DNA of 64,000 bases from a virus (Duplodnaviria; Caudoviricetes). A program made the position numbers and the translations under genes. Shown one piece after another: positions 19,331 to 29,600 of this stretch. Below the pieces are notes generated by a model that had not been told where the DNA came from, did no database searches, and was given only the letters and a program-made list of their open reading frames with translations. The stretch's first letter is position 1. Every line of letters begins with the position of its first letter. Location: the IMG/VR virus record IMGVR_UViG_3300013126_000027, positions 2,030 through 66,029 of that record. One strand, 5' to 3'.

Positions 19331-22300
19331 GCCGCAGTTATCCTCAAATTCTTGAACTTGGGAACGATTGCCCCGTTGGTTGACTTCATCACGATCTTCA
19401 CCGCAAACACCCTGAAGTCGGATTGACCCGTCAGGCTGTACGCCATTTCCTGGTATTCACCGACCGCCGTGTTTGGATAGGACATTGCAGGTGTCATTTC
19501 GACATACTGACGAAGTTCAAACGGCAATCCCGTGCCATTTTCGGGAGACATCCTTGCATAAACCCTGAAATCTGTCTCTGCGGGTTCGCTTGCCAGCATT
19601 TCAACGCGAATGTTGTTTGCTTCCATGCCAGGCTCAAGAACCACTCTCTTGGTGATGTATCGGGCATTGTGGCGATTTGCTTCCGCCACCCCAAGATTGC
19701 TTGGTCCTGTCTCTCCCGTGAAGGGTATAGTAGGATTGTTTATCCTGTTTTCTATGCAGTAGACATTTGCACGATCCGTGTCAAAGAGCGGAGAGACATA
19801 CTTGTCGGATGTTTCCATTCTTATCGTTAGATCCGTGAATTTCGTATTTGCATTTTGAATTGCCTTGCTGCTTGGCAGAGTTATTGTCTTGTTGATGCTT
19901 ATTCCTTCACCGACAAGCACGCTTTCCGTTACTGTCATCGTTGTTTCGGGTGGAACTATGACAGGAACATTGAATCTTACGGCATCGGCGTTCAATGATG
20001 CTCCATAGTATGCAGAACCGGCGTTGCTCAAGACAATGCTGGTTGGCGTGGACTGCGTGAATTCACATATGTGGAGAAGGAACTTGATGTCCTCCACATC
20101 GGTCTTCTGCACGCCAGATGAAGTCTGATTCTTGTACAGGCTTCTTGCATATGGCTGCTTTGTGGCTCTGACGGTGCTTTCATTCGTGGTCTTCTTGATG
20201 ACATTCGAGCCAATTTGAGAACTGTATATCTCAAAGTTGTTGCTCGGTGTCAGCAAGGAGAAGGCATATTCGCCAGGATTGAGGAACACGGGGCTTGTGA
20301 ACTCAAAATCAACACCGACCGATGCTTCCGCGCTTGTGGTGACTGCACTTGATGCAACGGTCACATCGGAAAGCGGCAAGAACTTCGATGGATGCGGATA
20401 TCCATTGACCACGGGCTTGAGAACCAATGTCAACGGAGAGTTTCCGTTTGAATCCTTGCTCTTGAAATACAGGGTGATTTTCTTCGCATAGACTCCCGAA
20501 GGATAGGTCGAAGGATCGACATAGAAACTCTGCGAAAGCGGATCGGTATATCCAAGAAGTTTGGTGAATCCCGATCTCTGTACATTCTTTCCGAAGATGT
20601 TCGTGACTATCTTCTCCGAACGGACGCTTTCCCTTCTTGTCTGAACCGTTCTTGTCGAAACGATGCCATCCTTGTAGTTGCCCCATGTTCCCTGAATCGG
20701 CAGGACGCAATCTGCGGCAGTCGTTGTGGTCAACAAGTCATTGGTTGGGCTGTCTGTCAGGCGAATGCTCTTTCTGCCTGTGGAAAAACTAGCAGAAGGA
20801 ATGCTGAAATTCAAGTTCGTGACGGAACCGCTGGCATCGCTTGTCACATTTGTTGCATTATCCAATATCCCGTCCACAAAGAGGTAAAGTCTCGTGTTGG
20901 GCTTGAGGTTCTTTGCATCCAAGCGCACATTGATGCTTCTTGCATATGGAAGAATGTCGTTTCTCACTTGCAGGTCGCCAATGTTGTTGACGATTGAGTT
21001 TGGCAGTATGGAATTGATGCTTGAAGGTGGTTGCAGACGAGAGCCTGCTGCGTTGACGAACACGCTTCTGCTTGAATCCAAGTTGTCGGGAATCGAACTG
21101 TTTGTCCTTGAAATTCCGGACCAATTGGATTCCCAGTCATTCCATTGCGTCCCGAATCCTCTTCCCTGACCAGGACCGGTTCCCGATGCAGGAGCAAATG
21201 CCCATGCATCGTTCTCGCCTTCCGTGTTGATTCTAACCACGGGCGCGGAAACATCGTCATACCAGAAGTCGCTGCTTGGAGTGGAACGGATGAATCCAAG
21301 GTAATTGAAGACTCCCGATGGGTTTATGTTCAGCGATGTGGTTGCAAGCGGTTGATTGATCAGGGGACTTGTGGTGTATGACAGGGTATAGATGCCGTCA
21401 CTTGAACCCGTGATGTTCACGGGATCGGAAGCATTGTTCAATCTGTATACCCTGTTCCTGAAAGCGGGTCTCATCTCGCCGTTTTCAAAGTCAATTGAAG
21501 CAGAATACATTGAATCCTGCACATCGCTCACGGAGTGACCCCTGAAGCCATCGACAAGGATTCCCTTCTTTGGAATTTCCAATCCTGCGGAATCGAGTAT
21601 CGGTGAGTTCTTGGCTTGCTGCTCAAGCAAAGACAGATTGGTGAAATACTCAACAGCATCAAGACGATCCTCAATCTGTGCGATGTCCTGCATCGTGTAT
21701 CTCTTGTTTTCGATCCGCTTGATCTGAACATCGTCCTTCGTTGTCGTGAATCCGTTCAGCGTCACATTGTAAAGGGTCATTGCATCGGGATCGTCTGTCG
21801 GCGGCAATGCTTCCAACGAGGGAATTCCTTGCAGCAACTTGAAGTTCCTGTCCCTTCCAAGGACGATCTTGTCGGTTCTCGGCAGATAGTGGATGTAGGT
21901 GAACTTGTTGTCATTTGCCGCGCCAACCGGCATTGGAATGACATGACCCGTCAGGCTTCCATTTGGTGTCTTCACGGAACGGAAATCAAGCACATCGGAA
22001 AGCCTGTAGGCTCGTCCTGTAGTCGGGCTGATGTAGACGGGAATGTCCTTGTAGTCAATAGAGGAATAGGAATCAACGGTGAAAGGACCATCTGCTCCAA
22101 GATGCGAGAATCGCGTGACGGTCATATCATAGGAACCCGTGATGCCGAACAAACCGCCGCCTGGATTAGTTGCAGATGGAACTGCGTTGCTGTTAAACAC
22201 CAATCTTGACCAATCGTAATAATCATCGCGTTGACCGTTGTCGAATGTGAAGTAATTCAGCAATTGGCTTGATGAAGTTCCATTCAATGTTCCCGTAATC

Positions 22301-24252
22301 GAAGACACGGAGACCACATCGGTGTACGCAGTTGCACCCTTGCCGATGTAAAGGAAGTTTCTTCCTGTTTGGGGATCGGTTTGTGCCGCAAATGTTATTC
22401 CCGAAATTGTCTCGTTCACCAAATTCTTGGTTCGCTTGATGTAATTTGTACTTCCTCCCATGTCTGTTGTGTAGAACACATAGACATTCTGATTCAGGGG
22501 TGCATTTGCCGTGATCACAAGTTGCGTTGAAAGCGGAACAGCAGCGGTGAATCCTACTGGCGCACCTGTCGTTGACAGGACAAAGAGGTCTACCGAAGGA
22601 GTCGTTATGTTTGATTGTGGAGATCCAGAAAACAAGGCAATCGTCTTGAGGCTGTTTCCCGTGATTATTGGAGAAATGCTTCCATTTGCACCGACAGCAA
22701 CACGAACAAAGTTGGTGGTTGCGTAATTTACGCCTTCGACCGACTTGACTCTCTGTCCTTTCGGAAGTTCAAAAAGCAATCCCGAGTCATTTGGGTTCAG
22801 CAGGGTTCCTGTTGCTCCGTTCCAGACTATGTTGAAGGCTTGTTGTGCGGTTGCGCCTCCTTGAACAGCGTTTGCTGCCACAAATATGCGTGTGGCATTT
22901 GCAAGAGTGAAGGAACCTGTCATCGAAATGTCATACAGATATGCCGAATAGTTGGCACCGCTAGGAAACAGTCCACGAATTCTTGCTGAACCTATGTTGT
23001 TGAAAGTGGCTCCAACCGCACCGCTAGAGAAGAAGACGATTGGCTGCGTATTCAGGTCAAATCCAGTCAGGCTGTTTGCCGACCCACCCATGGAAACAAG
23101 AAGCGAAGGACCAACAGAGCCAATCGATCTTTGATCCGACTGCTGCTTTGTGGTTCTTGCCCTTGGTATCGGCAATACGCTTGTTCCCTGTGTTTCAAAC
23201 TCATAGCCAAACACATAAGCCTTTCCTTCACCTATTTCGGCGGAAAGGGTTGCTCCGGTCACTCCACCGACCACATCCCGATAGGTCATGTTCAGGTCAA
23301 ATGGTTCTACCGTGTAGTTTCCGCTTTCGTCATAGGTTCTTCTTGCAAGAGTGTCCTCAAGAACGGCGTATTCGGGATACATCTCCTTCTTTATCGTCTG
23401 TCCATTGACGATTCGGATGATCTCCATGAAATCGGATCTTGCAAAATTCGTTGTTGCATCTGTGTCGGTTGGATTGAATTCGCATTGAGTCAACCCAAGA
23501 TCGATCTTGAACCTGTCCGCGCCAGGTGCAGAATAGTTGTAGTAACCGAATGCAGGATCGTTCAGGCTTTCATCCTGCAACGCGGATACAAATGACTTGT
23601 TTGCCTTGAATCCTATTCTTGTGGTGGGATTCGCAAATACCCTGTATTTTGCTCCTGCTGCACCGGTCAAGGTGCTTGCTGCGATCATCTGTGCATCGTG
23701 CAGGACGAAATAGCCATCAACGAACCGAACACCGGAATCAACCGATATGACCGTGGCCTCTCCGATTGCTGAAACAGTTGTATTTCCGCTCAAGGAGAAT
23801 GAGACCGAAACACTTCCTGCGGTTCCCGACAGAACATTGTTCGCGGAGAATCCAGTACCACCACCGAGATACTCAAAATAGATCACGGGATACGAATCAA
23901 GGGTCGAGGAGGAAAGACCCGATTCTGCGTGAATGACCTTTGCCTGATTCGTGGTTTCCGATCCCACGACAGAACCTATGAGGGAACTCACATTGGTGAA
24001 TCCCGTGAGACCCGCGATTCTTGCATATCTGATGTAGTTCTCGGTGACCTGACCATCCAATACGACTGAACCATTTTCGAACACATGCTGACCGAATCTG
24101 TCGATCTGATTTTGGAGAATCGTCTGCAACTGCGTGACTTCCCTGGCTTGCAGCGCATAGCCAGGCTTGAACATGACACGAAGGAATTTCTTTGACTCAT
24201 TGAAGTCATCAAAGTATGGGTCTACATTGAATAGCGTGGAATCGTATGACAT
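19327..24252 (-). CDS. Large virion structural protein (VrlC/DUF4815-like)
   Basis: FNVDPYFDDF...FKPGYALQAREVTQLQTILQNQI, APGADRFKI, LARRTYDESGNYTV, YLPRTDK, NKRYTMQDI, DPLSQSF. Confidence 0.88.
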   Translation of the reverse strand: MSYDSTLFNVDPYFDDFNESKKFLRVMFKPGYALQAREVTQLQTILQNQIDRFGQHVFENGSVVLDGQVTENYIRYARIAGLTGFTNVSSLIGSVVGSETTNQAKVIHAESGLSSSTLDSYPVIYFEYLGGGTGFSANNVLSGTAGSVSVSFSLSGNTTVSAIGEATVISVDSGVRFVDGYFVLHDAQMIAASTLTGAAGAKYRVFANPTTRIGFKANKSFVSALQDESLNDPAFGYYNYSAPGADRFKIDLGLTQCEFNPTDTDATTNFARSDFMEIIRIVNGQTIKKEMYPEYAVLEDTLARRTYDESGNYTVEPFDLNMTYRDVVGGVTGATLSAEIGEGKAYVFGYEFETQGTSVLPIPRARTTKQQSDQRSIGSVGPSLLVSMGGSANSLTGFDLNTQPIVFFSSGAVGATFNNIGSARIRGLFPSGANYSAYLYDISMTGSFTLANATRIFVAANAVQGGATAQQAFNIVWNGATGTLLNPNDSGLLFELPKGQRVKSVEGVNYATTNFVRVAVGANGSISPIITGNSLKTIALFSGSPQSNITTPSVDLFVLSTTGAPVGFTAAVPLSTQLVITANAPLNQNVYVFYTTDMGGSTNYIKRTKNLVNETISGITFAAQTDPQTGRNFLYIGKGATAYTDVVSVSSITGTLNGTSSSQLLNYFTFDNGQRDDYYDWSRLVFNSNAVPSATNPGGGLFGITGSYDMTVTRFSHLGADGPFTVDSYSSIDYKDIPVYISPTTGRAYRLSDVLDFRSVKTPNGSLTGHVIPMPVGAANDNKFTYIHYLPRTDKIVLGRDRNFKLLQGIPSLEALPPTDDPDAMTLYNVTLNGFTTTKDDVQIKRIENKRYTMQDIAQIEDRLDAVEYFTNLSLLEQQAKNSPILDSAGLEIPKKGILVDGFRGHSVSDVQDSMYSASIDFENGEMRPAFRNRVYRLNNASDPVNITGSSDGIYTLSYTTSPLINQPLATTSLNINPSGVFNYLGFIRSTPSSDFWYDDVSAPVVRINTEGENDAWAFAPASGTGPGQGRGFGTQWNDWESNWSGISRTNSSIPDNLDSSRSVFVNAAGSRLQPPSSINSILPNSIVNNIGDLQVRNDILPYARSINVRLDAKNLKPNTRLYLFVDGILDNATNVTSDASGSVTNLNFSIPSASFSTGRKSIRLTDSPTNDLLTTTTAADCVLPIQGTWGNYKDGIVSTRTVQTRRESVRSEKIVTNIFGKNVQRSGFTKLLGYTDPLSQSFYVDPSTYPSGVYAKKITLYFKSKDSNGNSPLTLVLKPVVNGYPHPSKFLPLSDVTVASSAVTTSAEASVGVDFEFTSPVFLNPGEYAFSLLTPSNNFEIYSSQIGSNVIKKTTNESTVRATKQPYARSLYKNQTSSGVQKTDVEDIKFLLHICEFTQSTPTSIVLSNAGSAYYGASLNADAVRFNVPVIVPPETTMTVTESVLVGEGISINKTITLPSSKAIQNANTKFTDLTIRMETSDKYVSPLFDTDRANVYCIENRINNPTIPFTGETGPSNLGVAEANRHNARYITKRVVLEPGMEANNIRVEMLASEPAETDFRVYARMSPENGTGLPFELRQYVEMTPAMSYPNTAVGEYQEMAYSLTGQSDFRVFAVKIVMKSTNGAIVPKFKNLRITAA

Positions 24253-24264
24253 TTCTTCCTCCGA

Positions 24265-26622
24265 TCAAATCTCAATGATGAGTTTGATCTCCTCCTCTTG
24301 TGTTTCCGAACGAACAATCGGTCTCATGTTCTGTATGTATTGGACTTGGCCGGAGCGATACTTGAAATCAGGCTCCCTGATTATCCCCGAAACCAATGAA
24401 TTCACGGTATTCCCCGCACCATTGATGTACGGAATCATGTTCTGCTGCTGTATGTTCCCGCTGCTGAAAATCAAAGACAGGTTTCCTGTCGCTCCATTGC
24501 TCGTCCAGTTGACCACGGTGCCGATTCCCGTGGCTGTTGAACCGCTGTAGCCATACACGGATGAATCAAGATCAAATGTGTCGTTCGCAAATGAGTCTCC
24601 GAATGCAGCAGCGAGTTGGTATTGATAGACCTGATTGTAGACAGTTGGCAGACCTTCGACCAATTCGGTCTTTTCCACTATCTTTGCGATTCCGGTCAAG
24701 CCACTCACCAAAGTCATGTATCGATCTCTCACTCCGACCAATTCGTTCGTCAGGAATTCGCCGTGCGAATGCTCAAGGTATATCTTTCCCCTGTTGTTGA
24801 GACCGGACTGCGGTTCCCATCTGTATATCTTTCCCTTGGAACCCGTGAATTCTATGTTTTCCGCCGCATTTCCGACTCCAACGGCATTCAAGCCTCTTGG
24901 GAATTCGTTTTCAACTTGCGAGAAAGTGCTGCTCGTGGAAGGACTCACCGTCAGGGCAAGCAAGTCCCTTCCTTCGGAGCCTGCTCTTGTACGCATCATC
25001 ACATCAAAGACATCCAATGTGTTTGATCCGGTGGTTGATCCGATCTTTGCGCCAGAGATTCCTGACTTGAATTCCCCGACTACATTTGTCAGGACCAGTT
25101 CCGAGGAACCGGTGAATCCCGTGACACCCGAATACCAAGAAACCACCTTCCCTTCCGCTCCGCTGTGTCCCGTAACGGCAGTCTGATACGCAGTTGCTCC
25201 AACGGTGAAGGACGAAACAGTACCTGACTGTATCGTTGAAATCCTGAACTGCGGTTGCTGCAAATCGGGGTTCTTGAGCAATCCAAATTGCCTGAACTCG
25301 TTCTGATTTGTGATCGTGCCGCTTTCGCTTCCCGTGAATTTCTTGACGATCATCATTGACTTCCCGCCCAATTCCGAAACGGGATTCGAACCATGCCCAC
25401 CTTGCGGGGAAATGACGGGAATCGCAACATTGTCAAAGGAAGTCTTCAGGCTGCTTGGCATCGAAGAAGAGAAAGTCAAGCCCTTGACGACCTTCAATGT
25501 TGCATATGTGAAGTCCTTGCCGGTATCCACCATCTCAAAAGAATCAACAATCCGCTGCTGTCCCGTTCCGCTGGCGGCGAAGAATCGAACGGAGACATCC
25601 GCAAATGTCCTGTTGGGATCAAGTTCGTTGTTCTTTGCGGAGCCATCACCCTGAAGGCAGATGTTCGGGACTATGGAAAAGGTCGAACTTGAACCAGACA
25701 ATCCCACCAAGAACGGAGAGGTCACGGCGACAGTTGCCGTATTTGCGCCGGTTGGTTCATACGATTCAATGATTCTTCTTTGCCCCTGCCCCTGCCCCGA
25801 ATCGATGTAAAGAACCATGTCCTTGTAGTAATCGGAGATGGGGGCAAGAGAGATGGAGAAAATTGATGCTGTCAAGCCACCAGCACTTACGCTGTTTGAA
25901 ATCAGGTTTTCGCTGGACGAAAAGATGCACCTGTCGGAAACTATGTACTCTGCATATTCAGGCAAGAAGTAGATGAAGACCACCTCGCCGTCAACAGCAG
26001 CGTTCTGCACCGCAAATTGCAGATATCTTTCATCATCTATTCCCAAAGACTCAAGTCTTTCGACAGGCATGTAACCAGGTCGCAACAGTCCTGATTTCTT
26101 CAGTCCTGATCTCAGGAGAAACTTCCTCTTTGCCTCCGTGATGGAGTACAGGTATTTCCATCTGTATCCATCAGAAAGAACCTTGACATCCGTATCGGTA
26201 TGTGAGGGGGCAATCGTTGAAGGTGCGCCGTAATTGTTGTCAATGCACTTGTACACCCTCTCTTCGTCAACAAGCACATAGAAGATGTACGGATTTTCGG
26301 TGTTGAAAAGATCGACATTCGATCTGTATGGCTGATAAACCGTGCCTATCGTCCAGTCATGGCGGGGTACGACTATCGAAACATCTTCCCTGTCTATCTT
26401 CTTGTGGGCTATGATGTTCCGCCAGAACGCTATTTCGGTGTCATTGATGTCCTCTGACGCGGGAGGCAAGCCGTCCTGTTCGCCCTGCGAAGAAAGCCAA
26501 GGGAGCGGTTTGCCTATGGACAGAAACCACTTGTCCGTGGACAAATTGCTAAACATCGAAACAACCTCTTCCACGAAGGTTTGTTTGAAGTTTTGACGGA
26601 ATTTGTCACAGACATTTGCCAT
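24265..26622 (-). CDS. gp8: Baseplate wedge subunit
   Basis: VVPRHDW..G.VY, RVYKCIDNN, DGYRWKYLY, ISPQGGHG..P..ELG, FRQFGLLKNP, terminal SGQVQYIQN..P..RS..QEEEIKLIIEI. Confidence 0.9.
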   Translation of the reverse strand: MANVCDKFRQNFKQTFVEEVVSMFSNLSTDKWFLSIGKPLPWLSSQGEQDGLPPASEDINDTEIAFWRNIIAHKKIDREDVSIVVPRHDWTIGTVYQPYRSNVDLFNTENPYIFYVLVDEERVYKCIDNNYGAPSTIAPSHTDTDVKVLSDGYRWKYLYSITEAKRKFLLRSGLKKSGLLRPGYMPVERLESLGIDDERYLQFAVQNAAVDGEVVFIYFLPEYAEYIVSDRCIFSSSENLISNSVSAGGLTASIFSISLAPISDYYKDMVLYIDSGQGQGQRRIIESYEPTGANTATVAVTSPFLVGLSGSSSTFSIVPNICLQGDGSAKNNELDPNRTFADVSVRFFAASGTGQQRIVDSFEMVDTGKDFTYATLKVVKGLTFSSSMPSSLKTSFDNVAIPVISPQGGHGSNPVSELGGKSMMIVKKFTGSESGTITNQNEFRQFGLLKNPDLQQPQFRISTIQSGTVSSFTVGATAYQTAVTGHSGAEGKVVSWYSGVTGFTGSSELVLTNVVGEFKSGISGAKIGSTTGSNTLDVFDVMMRTRAGSEGRDLLALTVSPSTSSTFSQVENEFPRGLNAVGVGNAAENIEFTGSKGKIYRWEPQSGLNNRGKIYLEHSHGEFLTNELVGVRDRYMTLVSGLTGIAKIVEKTELVEGLPTVYNQVYQYQLAAAFGDSFANDTFDLDSSVYGYSGSTATGIGTVVNWTSNGATGNLSLIFSSGNIQQQNMIPYINGAGNTVNSLVSGIIREPDFKYRSGQVQYIQNMRPIVRSETQEEEIKLIIEI

Positions 26623-26651
26623 GTTCGAACCTTTCTAGCCTATTTATCAAA

Positions 26652-29600
26652 TCAACCGCAACTTGAAATCGTGTCAAATGGCGATGGAAGTTCTGCATAC
26701 TTGTGAGTAAATTGAGTGGATGCTTCGGAACCTGCAATCGTCTTTCCGTAGTAATTCTTCAGACGGAAAGTCACGGTGTATGGTTTTGGATCGCTGCCTT
26801 GCGATTGGAATCCTGAAATCAGGAATTTGCCGTTCCAAGTGGATGATTCGGGACGATATCTGTAGAACTTGTTCCCATCGCTGATTTCTACCTCAAGTTG
26901 GTCTGTGATCCAATATTCCATGTTATCTGCATTCAGTATGGAATAGTTGAAAATGATGGTTCCGTTTGTGTACACCACTTCGTTGAGTGCAAATGAAGGG
27001 CAGACAGACAACTGCACTTTTGGGACATCGGGTTCGACTATCAATTCGTTCTTGCAATCGAATTGCCTGCCAACTTCCCTGTCAAGGAAAGCCTCTGCCG
27101 TTATCTTCCTGAACGGGGATACCTCCGTGTATTGCAGCATTGCGTGTCTTCCGCTATTGGTTCCCGATGCAGACAATCCTGTTGCCCAGTTGTGCCTGTT
27201 TTCCACGCTCTGTTCCACCCATTCATCCCAATATCCATCTGTGCCTGTTCCTCCTCCGAGGAAATCATTCATCTGCGAACGAAGAATTCTTGCGGGATAC
27301 GGTTGCTCCCTTTCGGAGAGGAAAATGTTTGGATGGCTGTTTATTTCGTGGAAAGGATAGCCAAGAGCCATGGTAGTGTTCCCCGAAGCCGTATAACCGC
27401 CCTCTGTTGGCAATGCAGGATAAATTCCACTTGTCAGAGAGGCAATCGGAAGATTCCATGCATGGGAATCCGCACGAATGATGTCATTCTTCCAACGATG
27501 ATGGAGATATGCTTCGGTCGTTTCTCGTTCCTGCTTTGTCAGTATTCGGTCATAGACCAACACTTCGTGAATGACACCGTTGAAGTAATTCTCGCCAAGC
27601 CCCAAGGTCAATCTTTGGTTTGCCGTCAGCCCGTCAAGGTTTCCTACGGCAAAGCCCTTGGACACCCCATCAACGGTAAGTTGATTTACACCATCGGAGT
27701 ATATTTTGTGAGCGAAGAAATTCTTGAAATACAGAGAATTGCTCGTATTCAAAGATGAGTTGGATGGCTTTGCTCCCGATGTCAGGGATGGAGTCATCCA
27801 TATGCGAATGACATCGTTTGGTTGCAAGTCCTTGACGGATACCTTGTGGGTCTGATACTGCAAAGGAGACCATGCATTTGCCACACCATCGGACATTGAG
27901 GCAAAGTTCCATGATGCGATGTATGAAGGAACATTATTTACAGATCTTGTCGGAGAAGGAAGAGGAAGATTGTCATTTTTGGTGAGTACTGCTCTCCATC
28001 CAAGATTAGCATTGTCCGTCTTCATGTCCATCAGGAATTGGTAGGAACCTGCATCCTGTATCGTCTGTTCCCCGACAAGTTGGTGACGATAGTACCTTGC
28101 CTCCGTTGAAAGATCATCGTTGCTTTTCTTGTCGGAGTAGACATACTCCGTTGAGGTTCCTCCCGCAAACGAAGTCAAAGAACGGGAATCCGTACTCAAT
28201 GTCGAGCAGGCAACGGTGGTGTTTGGGTTTCCTGCCGTTAGACTCACAAGACTGCTTGCAAACGGAGAATGAAGAACCGTGTCATCATTCGTGACAAGGG
28301 CAGATCGTCTTGGGGATACTTCGGTTGATCCCGTGTAGATGTCTGTTCCTGTTGGGCTTGCCACCCAAAGGGACAATGGTCCTGCCCTGTTTCCGAACCC
28401 ATAGTATGCGGAGATTCTTGGAGTTGTGTTGTCTCCCCCATCGACAATGGTCCGAGAATAGTCAATGCAAATCGTATGGTCTTGGTAATGTTGCCCTGTT
28501 GCTGCTCCTGTTGATCCTCCCGTTCCTTGTCCTCCCATCAACCCAACGACCAATGAATTTCTCTGGCTTGTCGAAGTATCGGAAGAAGGAAGGGGAAACG
28601 GAGTGAAAGCCGCAAAAATCGTCCTTGCATTCAGATTCAGATTCGGGGTTGTCAGCACCGAACCGAAGGTCAGGCTTGAACCCGTCAAAGCCAAGCCACC
28701 CATGCTTGAAATGGTGGGCAGCAATGTCCTTGAGTAGGATGTCGCGGTGTAGCCATTTCCGCTCGAATCGCCCCATGTGCTTGTCGTTGCTCCTGCCGCC
28801 GCAGTAAGGGTCTTTCCGTCAAGCCATATCTTGAGACCGCTGATGTTTCTTGGATCGAATCCTATTGCATATGATCTGTGGATGATTGGTGTTGCATTTG
28901 TTTCTATGAGGGGTTTTGCCGTGGTTCCCTCTTCAAGTTGCATACCCCATACCAACATTCCCTCACCGACTTGCCAGAATGTGATTCCCGATGCCGCACC
29001 GGTATCACCAAAATACAGTTGGATGGTGTTTCCTCTTGATATCTTGCTGGTAACTGTTATCTTTATCCGATACCAGCCATCACCGACAGATTCGAAAGAT
29101 GCGGTTCCGGAAGAATTGCTAAAAGTACTAAAAGTAGTTGCACCATTCGTAAATTTCTGCTCTTGGAAATCAAAGGTAACTCCGAGAAGATTTTGATCGG
29201 ACGAACCGTTTCTGAACAAAAGACTGACATATCTTTTTGCATTCGTTGATGGCTGCTTGATGTATACAGAATATGTCGCGCTGGTGCTTGACGAATTCCA
29301 TGTTATTGGTCTTGAGAGTATAGTGGCTAATGTTGTTGTCTTTCTCACCAAGACGGCTTGATTTTTGCCATTGGGTGCAAGTCCTTGATTTGCTGTAAAA
29401 GCGTAGTTTGTATTGATCTGCCACTTGGTCGCGTCATTGCTCCATGTTGCAAAGTTTTGACCTACTGAGTAGAATTGCAGATCGGTGGGATTTCCAGATG
29501 CACCCGTGATCACAGAATCGTGCAATGAAGGAAAGTAAGGAGTTGGTCTGCTATTGAACAACAGGTTTCCGATGTCAACATAGGTATCAAGGGTATACGG

